Shown here: positions 11,821 through 24,502 of the stretch, piece by piece
Position numbering within the stretch: the first letter of the stretch is position 1
Layout: every line of letters starts with the position of its first letter
Source of the DNA: Octopus bimaculoides
Lineage: Eukaryota
DNA: 64,000 nucleotides
NCBI RefSeq assembly: GCF_001194135.2
Contig: NC_068987.1
Span: 106,567,614 to 106,631,613, forward strand
Direction: 5' to 3'
The notes under the pieces: model-generated
What the model saw: the letters and a program-made list of their open reading frames with translations, nothing else
Told to the model about the DNA's origin: nothing
Databases searched by the model: none
Position numbers and translations under genes: made by a program

Positions 11821-12629
11821 TTATGTATGTATATACACATGAGTAGATGTATGAGTGCATATTTCTTTGACTGTGTGTTTGTGAGTGTATCTGTTTCACT
11901 GTCTATAATTTTACTTCTGAGGGTGTGTATGGGTGTGTATATTCGTTCATATACGTATGTACATTTGTTCATATGCATATAAAATTTATGAAGATTTATT
12001 GTTTTGTGGTTTTCTACTTACAGGAGAATCTCAGACAGAGAAAGACAAGGACAGAGACAGACTGACAAGGAATCACACAAACAGTTAGACACTTCGAGAA
12101 ATATTATACCGAGGAAAATGTACGTGCATTCACATACATATGCATTCAATTGGAAAATACATTCCTTCATAAACTGAGGTATATTGTTACATATAGAATA
12201 TCTGGGTTTGTTTTAGCATAATTTTCTACGCTTTACTTACTTTGACATACACGCTGACATACTATCGTTCACTTTCATCCTTCATATCTTTCTTGGTCCC
12301 TCTGTATGTATTCAGTTATCTGTCTGATTCTTTCTCTTTCTGCCTATCAATCTTCGTCCTAATTCCCCTTCCGCGTATGTTAAGCAGTACACACACATAC
12401 ACACACATCCGTATACACATGCATACAAATACGCACACACGCGGATGCAGACACCACACAAGCACATATACACACACATATACACACAAACAAAAGCAAG
12501 CAAAATACAAAATGATACGTAAGCATCTCTATCTGTCATTTTCTCTCCCGACACACACAAACACAAACACACACACATGTATGTATGTATGTATGTATGT
12601 ATGTACGTACGCATGTACATGTGTATATG

Positions 12630-12730
12630 AAGGCCCGTAATGTAGGAATTTGAGTATTGAGCTCACACTCGTGAGTTCGTTTCCAAGCGGCGCGTTGTGT
12701 CCTTGAGCAAGTAAGTTTATTTCGCGCCAA
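12630..12730 (+). mobile_element. 5' fragment of a tRNA-derived SINE
   Basis: GTGAGTTCGTTTCC (B-box-like) followed by GCGTTGTGTCCTTGAGCAAG, as in the 47520-47836 copy. Confidence 0.6.
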
Positions 12731-14619
12731 TATCTCATGTGTATATACACACATACATACATATATNNNNNNNNNNNNNNNNNNNNNNNNNNNNNNNNNN
12801 NNNNNNNNNNNNNNNNNNNNNNNNNNNNNNNNNNNNNNNNNNNNNNNNNNNNNNNNNNNNNNNNNNNNNNNNNNNNNNNNNNNNNNNNNNNNNNNNNNNN
12901 NNNNNNNNNNNNNNNNNNNNNNNNNNNNNNNNNNNNNNNNNNNNNNNNNNNNNNNNNNNNNNNNNNNNNNNNNNNNNNNNNNNNNNNNNNNNNNNNNNNN
13001 NNNNNNNNNNNNNNNNNNNNNNNNNNNNNNNNNNNNNNNNNNNNNNNNNNNNNNNNNNNNNNNNNNNNNNNNNNNNNNNNNNNNNNNNNNNNNNNNNNNN
13101 NNNNNNNNNNNNNNNNNNNNNNNNNNNNNNNNNNNNNNNNNNNNNNNNNNNNNNNNNNNNNNNNNNNNNNNNNNNNNNNNNNNNNNNNNNNNNNNNNNNN
13201 NNNNNNNNNNNNNNNNNNNNNNNNNNNNNNNNNNNNNNNNNNNNNNNNNNNNNNNNNNNNNNNNNNNNNNNNNNNNNNNATATACATATATATATATAGT
13301 TATATATATGCAGAATCACGCACACACCAACACATAAGCACGCACCTACAAACATGAATACGTGTGTCCGTATGTCTTTTTATGTATCTGTGTGTGTGTG
13401 TGCGTGTATGGGTGTATTAGTTTGTGTTTAATGCGTGTGTGTTGATTACTGATAATTTTCTATTATACATGAATATAAGTAGTAATATATGCATGAAAAT
13501 TTGTCTATAGTAATAGTAGCCGAAGTAGCTTGAATCATCATTCTGATTTGCATTTTAGAAACTACTCATACGAGCAGGAAGATGACCGTATCTATGCACA
13601 GATGTTCGTAAATATAACGGCGTATATGATTGCTACCTCAATAAACGGCTTCGAAAATGAACCACATATACATCTCTTCATCTACTATTAGCAGAATTTA
13701 CACACAATAACGCGCACACATACACTCACAGCTATATGTGAATCAAAAACATGTTATATATTCGTATAAGTATCACGTGAATAACGTAAATATACAAGGA
13801 AAGAGGGCATTGTTAATGCTGTTATAATGTTGATATAAAATACATGGCATTAGTCTATAGCAATAATGTTTTGCTAGAAGCAGGTTTAGTAAGAGTACAA
13901 AATCGCCTATCGCAACAATATAGGGCTATAACAGTTAAGGTGCAATTTTGATGAAGTCCATGTTCAAAGAGAATAATAGCGAGCTTTCACTATTAAGTTT
14001 TCTGGAATTAAAATGGTTAATGTATGTTGTATACTTTTCAGAAGAAAACCTTACATTAATGGGTTTTCTATTAAACATTTTATGGAAACTACGATGCATC
14101 GGAAAATGGAAAGAGATTAAACTGAAGCATTTTTTGGCAATATATGAGCGTACATTTAATCTAAAAGCTAAATTATGCCATACAGTATTTCTTGATCTAT
14201 CTTTACATTTGAGGATATTAGTCTGCGTACGGTGTCTTTTAATTTATCCACAAAGCCACTATTACAAAACCTCGTTAGATGAATGAAAAGTGGTAATGGA
14301 CCAAGCCTCATCTGAAAACAGTGATGCTCCAAGTTTACAAATATATCAGACTAAATATCATAGAATGATGGTGGGGAGTGTAATACAAATCCTTATTTAC
14401 ATAAAATAATCATTAATTAGGTTTTCAGCAAGAGTGAAATTTGCTCGCTTCTTAGTTTAAAGTAATATCCATAAAATAAACCCTATTAAGATTAGTGTCA
14501 CCCGTAATTCGTAAAGTTATTCCACTAAAAAGGTTTATGAGCGTCCTTTTCTAAATCTACCGATCTTGTGACTGTTCAATCGGTGCGAATCTCTCATTTC
14601 GTTCTATGTCTCTCTCGTC

Positions 14620-14659
<40 letters not shown>

Positions 14660-14919
14660 GATATATGCATACATGCATATATATATATATATATATATAT
14701 ATGCATATATATGTATATATACACACATATATGTGTAGTATGTGTTTGTGTATGTATACATATACATATGTACACATAACTATTTGGATTGAAATGCATA
14801 AATGTTTGCGTATATTTTTGTGCCTGTGTGGGTGTGTTCGTGTGTCTGTTTGCTAGTATGTATTCGAAAATGTCTGTGAAAATCACTCATACCCTTTTTT
14901 TTCTTACTCTCTCTGTTTG

Positions 14920-14972
<53 letters not shown>

Positions 14973-15369
14973 CTCGTTTTCTTTCAGTCTACAAAAGTGT
15001 TATAAGTGCTATTGGTAATGCTATTATCTAAAATATATGTGTAGCAGTAGAGGCATCGTATAGAGAAGAACTTATCATCTCCTCCTAGTCGTTTCTTTGT
15101 TCTATCAAGAGAATATTACATTCGAATTAATAACGTTTATCGACAAAATTATTCTATTATTGCAAATTGCCCAACAATTCTTTTCTAGTTTCACAGACCA
15201 CATATTTTCTTTTATCTTTTTCGCTGTACGTTTTTGTACTCTTTTATTTCCTTTTTCTCCTGCTCCGTTTTACGAAACAATGGCTATTTTATCTATTTCA
15301 CTATCTTTGACTTTATGATGTTAGATTTATAGTTTGTCATTTAGCAAAAGCGATATTAGAATTTATGCT

Positions 15370-15600
15370 TTGGCTTTTATCTTTTACGAATTCCAGTCAT
15401 TGGACTACGGCCATGCTGGTGCTCCGCTTTGAAGGGGTTTAGTCAGAAAAATTGACCCCAGTATTTGTTATTTGTTTTAAGCTTGTTACTTATTGTATTG
15501 GTGACTTATGCTGAACTGTTAAGTTACGGAAACGCAAATGAACCGACCTCGGTTGTCAAGCGAAGTGTGTGTGCCAGGGAGGAGGGGAAGGACAGGACAC
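15370..15600 (-). mobile_element. Degenerate 3' half of the 55403-type SINE
   Basis: Reverse complement contains CGCTTGACAACCGAGG...CCGTAACTTAACAGTTCAGC...GGGGTCAAT...CAGCATGGCCGTAGTCCAATGACTG. Confidence 0.7.
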
Positions 15601-15827
15601 GGATATTTTGGGAATAATTGTGGCTATTGATTTTGACCTCAGGTCAAAACATAATTACTGACGTTCTTAGCCATGGCCATCTCCTCTGTTCTTTGTTTTT
15701 TCGGACATTACATGAAGCATCCTTCATTATTTGTCTATTTACACTATACTTTAAAACATGTCGAATAGCCATATAAAGGCATACATCTCGACTCCTTTGA
15801 ACACCAATTAGCTGTTGCTATGTACAT

Positions 15828-16212
15828 CTTCTTTTGGCACTCCATCGCTTACGACATCGAGGGTTCCAGTTGATCCGAGCAACGGAACAGCCAGCTCGTG
15901 AAATTAACATGCAAGTGGCTGAGCACTCCACGGACACGTGTACCCTTAACGTAGTTCTAGGGGATATTCAGCGTGACACAGTGTGACAAGGCTGACCCTT
16001 TGAATTACAGGTACAACAGAAACAGGATGAAAGAGTGAGAGAAAGTTGTGGTGAAAGAGTACAGCATGGTCGCCACCGTCCTCTTCTGGAGCCTCGTGGA
16101 GCTTTTAGGTGTTTTTGCTTAATAAACACTCACAGCGCCCAGCCTGGGAATCGTAACCGCGATCCTATGACCGCGAGTCCGCTGCCCTAACCACTGTGCC
16201 ATTGCGCCTCCA
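15828..16212 (-). mobile_element. Full-length tRNA-derived SINE (head, body 1, tail 1)
   Basis: Minus strand starts TGGAGGCGCAATGGCACAGTGGTTAGGGCAGCGGACTCGCGG...GGTTACGATTCC (A/B-box-like) and ends GGAGTGCTCAGCCACTTGCA...GGAGTGCCAAAAGAAG. Confidence 0.9.
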
Positions 16213-17309
16213 CCGCTATATAATATACAAATACATATATACACGGGCACACACACACACACCCACACACACACACACACACACACATACAGGCATTACT
16301 ATGAAGCACATAACCTTTCCGAGAGAACCACTTTACCTATTTTCATTTCCCTCTGTGAAATCCTTCCTTTTTGTTTAACTTTTTCAAAAGTGGTTTCTTC
16401 TTCATGAACTTCCTCAATCATTACAGGACAATATATTGGCGCTCATTCTGAGTTGCTCATATAATTTTGACTACAAAATGTTTTTAATGCTAAATGTTAT
16501 CTGTTTTGCTCAGCAAACAGACAACACTTGCCTTGCTATGATCTGTGTGGTATTGTCAACTGGGTAGAGCTCTGCGATATCTTTATGAATGCGGGTGGAC
16601 ACTAGACTTAAACAGTTTTCCACAAATTTCTTGACTTCATGAATCTTTACATTAACTCTGTAATTGCCATCAGTTCATCATGTGATACAAACATGACGAC
16701 CGGCCATGATACAAATATTGTGACTAGCCACGGTTAAGCATGCTTTCCAATGTTTTTGATCATTAATCTTATATTTCTCTGTTCCGAATATTTTTGAAAT
16801 AAACGTATCAACAGAGATGCGTCGGGCAGTTTTAAAGTGATTTGCTGAGCCTTCTGTCTTGTAAAATTAAGCAACTAAACTTAAAACTGATCCTATTTTA
16901 TCAAGAGTTTATCTTCCAATATTTTGTACTATCTTTCATCGGTTCCTACGTCAGTGGAAATTTGAAACTGCAGCAATTTATTTCAAGGCACAGTTATGCT
17001 ATCGTTTACTTTAGCTTCACTTAGATTAAGTTACTTTGGCAAAATTATGTAACTTAATTACTTTTTCTTTGAAATTCATCAATAATAAAAGTACTTTATA
17101 TTTGATAATGGAGTTAAAGCTAGTTTAATAATATATCTAAACGCATTGCCATATGCGTGAGTTTTATTACTGCTAAAGCTGCCGTTAAAAATATTTATCG
17201 AAGTAGCCATAATTTTTTATATTACATATTCATATAAATCGTTGTAACTATTCATTCCTTTGTATATTTTGTTTATGCTTTGTCTAATTTGCTCTGGGCA
17301 ATAGAGAAT

Positions 17310-17470
17310 ATAGGTTTCAAATTTCGGCACAGGGCACCAATTTTGAATGGTGGGATAGTCGTTAACATTGTATTATTTATTTTGACACTGAAAATATGAA
17401 AGGTAAAAAAAAGGGCAAAAAAGGAAACGGCCGAAATGCTGCTAAGCATTTTCCGGCGTGCTAAAGATCG
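17310..17470 (-). mobile_element. Degenerate SINE of the 19216 family with the GTGCCGAAATTTGAAACC tail
   Basis: Reverse complement has AGCACGCCGGAAAATGCTTAGCAGCATTTCG and the GTGCCGAAATTTGAAACC tail. Confidence 0.6.
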
Positions 17471-18024
17471 TGTCACATCACGCTTTAGTCAATATGTATA
17501 TTTAAAATAAACCCCACAAACTTGTAAATAAATATTTTTAGAAGGTGTATCTTCTGTTCAAAGTAGAAACCACACATTTAACATAAACACAGGCAAGAAA
17601 GATATCGATAGAGTAAGTACCAGACTTAATGAAATATTCACTGTTCCTAATATGATACATGAAGACGCATGAAAGATATCCACAAACCAGTGACAGAAAT
17701 CAGTGAAGGAATCGGAATATCCAGAGAGCAAACATTGTCAGATAATTTTCGCTTAGCTTAGCTACTTCCTTTGAGTAATTAAGATGGTTTCCTTGCAAAG
17801 GATTAGGAAAAACTTATAAGCTTTATCTTTAACGCATGGATGTATATTTTACAATCGCATTTGAATTCATGAAGATCGTATGCACATATATGGATGGAAG
17901 TGTATGTGTAAGCATGTATTACATATATAAATATGCACACATATATATTCACAAATATATTTGCATATATGTATGTATGTATCTACGTATGAATCAATCA
18001 ATCTATCTATATATTATATATATG

Positions 18025-18086
<62 letters not shown>

Positions 18087-18113
18087 TAGATAGATAGATA
18101 CGTATATGTATGT

Positions 18114-18165
<52 letters not shown>

Positions 18166-18599
18166 ACACACACACATATATATATATGCATATTTAAATG
18201 TATATATATGCAGATATGTTTCACTCATGTGTGTGTATTTATGCGAGATTTTTCTAGCCTGTGTATGTATTATATACATCAGATTAGTTTCAGATAAGCA
18301 TATAAACACTTTATGTATTCAAAATCATTTATGTACGAATGCAACATAAATCCTCATTTGAGCGTACATCATACAGATGAGTATGAACATATACATACCA
18401 ACGCGCAAAAGTTCCTATGAGCGTATATACGGGGTAACGGGATATATCAAGGTGTTTTGTAACAGATGGGCTTGCTACAAAAATTATTCAATCAAAAATT
18501 AACTCATAATTAAATGAAGACAATAGGGTAAAGGTATACCACCTATATGGGAATAAATAGAGTGAAGAATCAGTGTAAGGCAGTGTAAATGAATACAAG

Positions 18600-18730
18600 G
18601 TCACCTGAGGTAATAGTTTAACGCTCGGGAAGTGAAACAGTCTTTAACGTTTCGAGCCTACGCTCTTCCACAGCAAGGAACACAGAAAGAAACGACGAGA
18701 AAAAAAAGAGAGAAAATAAAGAATGTGTAT
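18600..18730 (-). mobile_element. Penelope-like terminal fragment with a degenerate hammerhead motif (18640-18680)
   Basis: Minus strand: pyrimidine-rich run, then CTGTGGA-A-GAGC-GTAG-GCTC-GAAAC-GTT-AAAG. Stem II GAGC/GCTC is perfect; the core deviates from CUGANGA. Confidence 0.5.
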
Positions 18731-18818
18731 ATTCATTTTATTATAAATGCCAAACAAGACCATCGACGCAAGCTTAAATAATAAAGGGCGATATGTGAGC
18801 AGCGATATAGTTAGGGAT

Positions 18819-18854
<36 letters not shown>

Positions 18855-19215
18855 AAATGAATATATGCAAGTTATAAAAAAAATTACGATACATTACTGT
18901 GTCTACTTTGCGGATTTTCACCTATCGCCGAGGCCTTAGAACATAACACCCGTGATAATCAAGGGTTTACTGTATATATATATGTGTGTGTTTGTTTGTG
19001 TGTATGTGTCCATGTATCTATCTGTCTACCAATGTACGTATGTATGTATGTATGTATGTATCTCTCTCTCTCTATGTATATATATATATATACAATATAT
19101 TTATATACATATATATAGATATATTTATATATGTGTGTACATATATATATATATACATACATATATTAGTATGTATATGTATGTATATATATATATATAT
19201 ATATATACACATGTG

Positions 19216-19446
19216 TTATTTCTTTACTACCCACAAGGGGCTACACAGAGAGGGGACAAACAAGGACAGACAAACGGATTAAATCGATTATATCGACTCC
19301 AGTGCGTAACTGGTATTTATTTAATCGACCCCGAAAGGATGAAAGGCAAAGTCGACCTCGGCGGAATTTGAACTCTGAGCGTAGCGTGCAGACAAAATAC
19401 CGCTGAGCATTTCGCCGGGCGTGCTAACGCTTCTGCCAGCTCGCCT
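19216..19446 (-). mobile_element. Full-length SINE (GGCGAGCTGGCAGAAGCGTTAGCACGCC family, tail A)
   Basis: Matches the tandem copies at 35281-35728 in reverse complement, including TTCAAATTCCGCCGAGGTCGACTTTGCC and the CCCCTTGTGGGTAGTAAAGAAATAA tail. Confidence 0.9.
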
Positions 19447-19724
19447 ATACATGAGTGTGTGCTTGTGTGCGTTGGTATATATGTATATGCATATATGCAT
19501 GTGTGCATGTCTTTATCTATATGTTTGCAAAATACACACACATACACACACATACACACACACTCACACACGCACTCATATATATATATATTTATGGATG
19601 TATACATATGTATATGCATTTAAACGTATATCTATCTATACACGTCTACTTGGGTGCAGTTAGAATATGTACGTATGCTGGGATTATTTTTATGCATGCA
19701 TGTTTTTATATTAAGCTCTTTGAG

Positions 19725-19755
<31 letters not shown>

Positions 19756-19901
19756 TTTTACTTTCATGCTTTCACACGTTTCATCCCTAAGGCTGTACAT
19801 GTGTGTGTGTGCATGTGTTTGTGAATATACATATACATATACATGCATACATACATACATGTACACACACACACACATGCATATATATGTATATCTATCT
19901 A

Positions 19902-19932
<31 letters not shown>

Positions 19933-20949
19933 GTCTGAGTGCATAGATAAAAGTGTTTGCATGTATGGGTGTTATCAGTCCGTATATATGGAGATTCTGG
20001 GTAAATGGCTAATAGTAGTGAGGAGAGGAGAAATAAAAATATCAATAGATAGACAGTTTAAATAGATCTGAGGAAGGTTGCTTAAGATCCCTTAAGACCG
20101 TGTATTTGTTTTACTGATCTAAATAATTTTGTTCCACAATAGTACTTAGACCAAACTGCTTGAGAGAAAAGAACCCTTAGATAAAGCAATGTCGGGAGAC
20201 ATAAAAGAGATTATAACTGACAAATTTAATCTGCTTCTAGTATTTTGGGGCGAAGCTTTGAATACAGAAGTTCTGGGGAAAAACTGTTTGAAGATGGAAG
20301 TTTAGCTTAATATATGTATCGTTTATTATCGTACACTGCTTACTATAGCTTAATTCTCTTAACATAAAAAGAATATTGATACAAAGCAAAACAAAGTCTT
20401 AGCAAGAAAGGAATGCATCTGAGTTTGTTGCTAATTTGAAGTGTCGGAACGTTGAGATATTAATTGTTGCATTGGTTGGTTGCATGGTTTGTTGGTTGGT
20501 GGTAGCTGTTGTATTAGCAAAATGACTGGCTGTTTCAGTTAGTTTCTCATAGATATGGCCGTGCATTATGTTGTCTGCGAAGACGGAGTTGTTGATAATG
20601 GTGGTATAATCAGTAGAAGCGAGAACTAAATTCTATGCAATATTTAGTTACTTGCGTTCTGATTCCTAATGACATCGACGTAAAATTTTGTCGTTCATTT
20701 TATGCGCATTTTTGCTTTTGTTGTTTACTAGTTAGTACCCGAGTAATTCTAATCGTACAGTCCTTTGATCTATGGCTTTCTAGCCGTGATCACTCCACAT
20801 GTTATGTTTCTACACAGTGTAACCTATCTCCATTGTTGAGAGCCACACGCTACCAGTTAACAGCAATCTCCCCAATGTGGATAAACTTGAAGTGATTGTG
20901 GTGGAAGGAGGAAGACAGCCCAGACAATTCTGAGACAGTTAAAATGAGT

Positions 20950-21175
20950 GGCAAGCTGAGAGAGAGATATATTGGCAGACAAACAGATACATAAGCATAG
21001 AGTTATATAGGCAGAAAGACAAATATATAGGCAGACAGACAGATATTTAGGCAGACAGACTTATAAACGGACATATATATACACAGGCAGATATATTGAC
21101 AGGCAGATATATTGACAGACAGATATATATGTAGGCAGATTGATATATTAACAGACAAACAGATATATACGAAGA
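20950..21175. repeat. Degenerate minisatellite built on AGGCAGA(CAGA)TATAT units
   Basis: About 9 occurrences of GGCAGA/CAGACAGATATAT at ~15-25 bp spacing. Confidence 0.7.
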
Positions 21176-21965
21176 CTAGGTACTAGTTGACTTTTTAACA
21201 ACTGTGCCAATTGACCAATTAAGTGTCGATTAGTCTATAACTTCCCTATTTATGACAGCATGATACACTTTGAATTAGAAGTCGCTGATTCTAATAGGGT
21301 GACCAGTAAAATCTCTCTACACTATTTGCCAGCTCCGTTCAATACAAACGACTTTTCTATTCCATGGAAGTGTGCGATCTTATTTACTGAGAGAAAAAGC
21401 AACAACAACAACAACAAAAGACAATAATAAAAAAAAGACATTAATATTCTAGTGCTGTATTATTTTCGGGAAATGGATCCTTGATCTAGTTGTTTAGAAA
21501 GTACATCAACACCTATGTTATCGAATTTGCGATGAACGAAAATGAGCACAATTTTAAGGTGAAATGCTTTAACTAATTAGTCGTTAACCCTTTCAGATGA
21601 TTCGGAGTGATATTAGAGATAATTGGCTACCATATGTAGTAGACTCAACGATCTTAATCTGTAATTACTGTGTGTAGAGTAATTAGTAAGGGAACATCTC
21701 ATGTGTAGAGTAATTAGTAAGGGAACATCTCGTGCGGTTGTTTTTAAGGAATTATTAGACAAATGCAAAAAAGATGGGAAAAATCATGGATTAAATGCTG
21801 CTGATAAGTAAAAGTAAGAACAACGAAAATCATAAGATTTTAGAAACGAAATATTGTAATAGTATCTGATTTATATAAGCTAACTAACTCTATGTTCTTA
21901 ATATGGCGAAGTGTATCGTAAGTGCGTATAGTCAGTGGCACCATACCTAAATAAGGATCGGCAGG

Positions 21966-22084
<119 letters not shown>

Positions 22085-24287
22085 TAAATTAAAAAAATCC
22101 CTCCTTACACTATTTAGAATTTGAGCTCTAAGTTTTCTCTATATACAGGTAAACAAGTTCATTAAAAATTATTACAGAAAATTGATGTTGTTTACAATTC
22201 AATTGGTTAGATAATCTGCTCGTAAACGTTTACTAGTGAAATAATTAGTTGATTTGAACAATTAGCCAAGAGAAAGTTATTTATTCAAATAAAACTAATC
22301 GGTTGAAGTAATTCAATACACATTGTGACTATATATAGCAATCGGCTACATTTTTCCGCGTGGGCATACGATATGTTATTCTATTTCTGATGAAAATCAG
22401 AGGAGATTTAGAAACAGTCGTTTTTCTGTCGACGGAAAGATAAAAATAAATCATTTGTTTACAGTTGTCACAATACAGTAACGTTAGAGTGAAGTGTATT
22501 GTGAAAAATGGCTTCATGTGTATCACTTTACGCACATCTGCACACACAAACACACACACGCGCGCACACACATACACACACATAAGCACATGCACACCCG
22601 CATAGGTACACTGACGCGCATAGGTTTACTAACACGCACACACATTCTCTTTGTCACACACATATACATAAATAGATTATATTGTGAGTTATGTTTCTAG
22701 GTCAGCCCTGATCAAGTAGACATATATTCACAAAGCGTTTCATTCCCACCAATCCCACACTTTTTAGCTACACTTTATCAAAAATCGTATCTCTGATTTG
22801 ATGAAGCTTTGTTGTCATTTCAAGTGGGCCATTTACAGGTAGAGTTTTGACTATATCGTTCCTTTTGTAAGAAAGCAAATGGTGATTTAGTGAAGGTGTG
22901 AAAGTTAGTGGCTGAAAAGTGGTGTCTTGATCATGAGATCGTTGACATGAAGACCTGGGGACGTGGTTTTGTCCTCGAGCTTGTCACTTCGTTGCAGGTT
23001 GCTCAAGTTTACTTAAGTGAAAATGAGCTCCGACCCGAATAGAGTCTTTGAGTTGTGACAGAGCTCTATTCCAGCTGTCACGTCCTCAAAATTTTGCAAT
23101 TTCAAGAGTGCGATGGCTGAGTGGAGATCTAAGTCAACTTGTCCTTAAGAAGGCGCCATAGACACCTAAAACAACAAAAATTGGTACATGTCACTAATTT
23201 CTATACCCTTGCAAATTCACGGCTGCGACGTGTGATTTGCTAGTTGTAGCAGTTACAACGACCGCAAAGGCTTTCTTTCGTGGTCTCATTATTATACTGG
23301 GTACGCTATAGTTCAAAGTTAACTCCATTTCAGAAAAGTAAATATTACTTTTTTCTTGCTGTTTAAATATATTTTATCTTACACATAAACGGTTATTTAG
23401 TGAACATATAGTAGGTTTTACTTTTTGAAAGACAGCGAAATAAGCAACCGAGCTAGGGTTTAACATTCCTTAATTTTATTTTGAAAACGACTATTCAAAT
23501 ATGGTTTTTGCGCAGCCTTGTTCAAAAGAAAAGTCTGTCTGTCAATGGTTTATGTTTAGTTCACTTGTCTAAGAAAACAAACCCGAATGACATATGATAT
23601 AGGTTCTCAGTTCTTTGGTTGATCGTTCATAGTATTATATATTCCAGTCAACCCTTGCGAGATTCTTAAAGTGTCTCACTAAACAATATCTTGTTACTTC
23701 CTATTCTAAAAAAAAAATGTGCCCACGAGCCATCCAAGACAGGGTGGGAGCTCTGCTACGTTCCTTTGACCTGATAGAAACAGAAAGCAAATCTTTCACA
23801 AATCATATTCAACCTGCTAGAAATAGCAACCATTTCTCTCGTTCTCTCTCTATCTTTCAAATCAAAATTAACAATCTTCATAGAAACGAAGCATATTGGA
23901 TAAAACATTCTTATGAAAACAAAATGTCATGATTTCTATGGCTGTATTTTATGTTTTGTCATTGTTGTACTTGAGTTTGATCGAAACTGACGTTGAGCTA
24001 AAGAAAGAAAACAAAACACAAACATGTGACTGAATTTTCAGTGGTGGTGCGTATTGTGTATTAAACTGAAAGCAAACCATAAAAGAAAGGATTTATCCTT
24101 TCGTTTATTTGGAGGTAGGTGTGGGATACGTTAAAAAAAGTTTGCGTAGTAATTTAAGTGTTGTCGACCAAATACATATACAGTCGTTCACAGAATTATT
24201 TATAGCACGTCTACAATAAAGTGAATTGCATTTAGTTTAAAGCAAGATAAATTAGAGGTTCAATTACTATTAAAATTTAGGCCTAAG

Positions 24288-24502
24288 AAGGTAGCGTGCT
24301 GGTAGAATCGTTAGTGAACCGGGTAAAACGTTCAAGGGCATTTGTCCGTCTTTATCTTCTGGGTTCAAATTCCGTCGAGGTTAGCTTTGCTTTTCATGCT
24401 CTCGAGGTCGATAAAATAAACACCAGTTAAGCAATGGAGTCGATGTAATCGACTTAATCTCCCCTGAAATCGCAGGCCTTGTACCAAAATTTGAAACCAA
24501 TA
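24288..24502 (+). mobile_element. SINE of the 19216 family with alternative tail B
   Basis: GTGCTGGTAGAATCGTTAG...GGTTCAAATTCCGTCGAGG...GTCGATGTAATCGACTTAATC, then GGCCTTGTACCAAAATTTGAAACCAATA. Confidence 0.8.

Noticed and set aside
13559-13609. Small exon-like segments here (NYSYEQEDDRIYAQMF) and at ~25392, ~26697, ~40661, ~48265 and ~62636
   Set aside because: AG..GT-bounded short open frames arise often by chance; their phases do not chain into a consistent gene and no homology is recognisable.
16140-16212. tRNA-like sequences here and at 4469, 37457, 47760, 51400 and 55403
   Set aside because: Each continues into a SINE body and lacks a proper acceptor stem; they are SINE heads, not tRNA genes.
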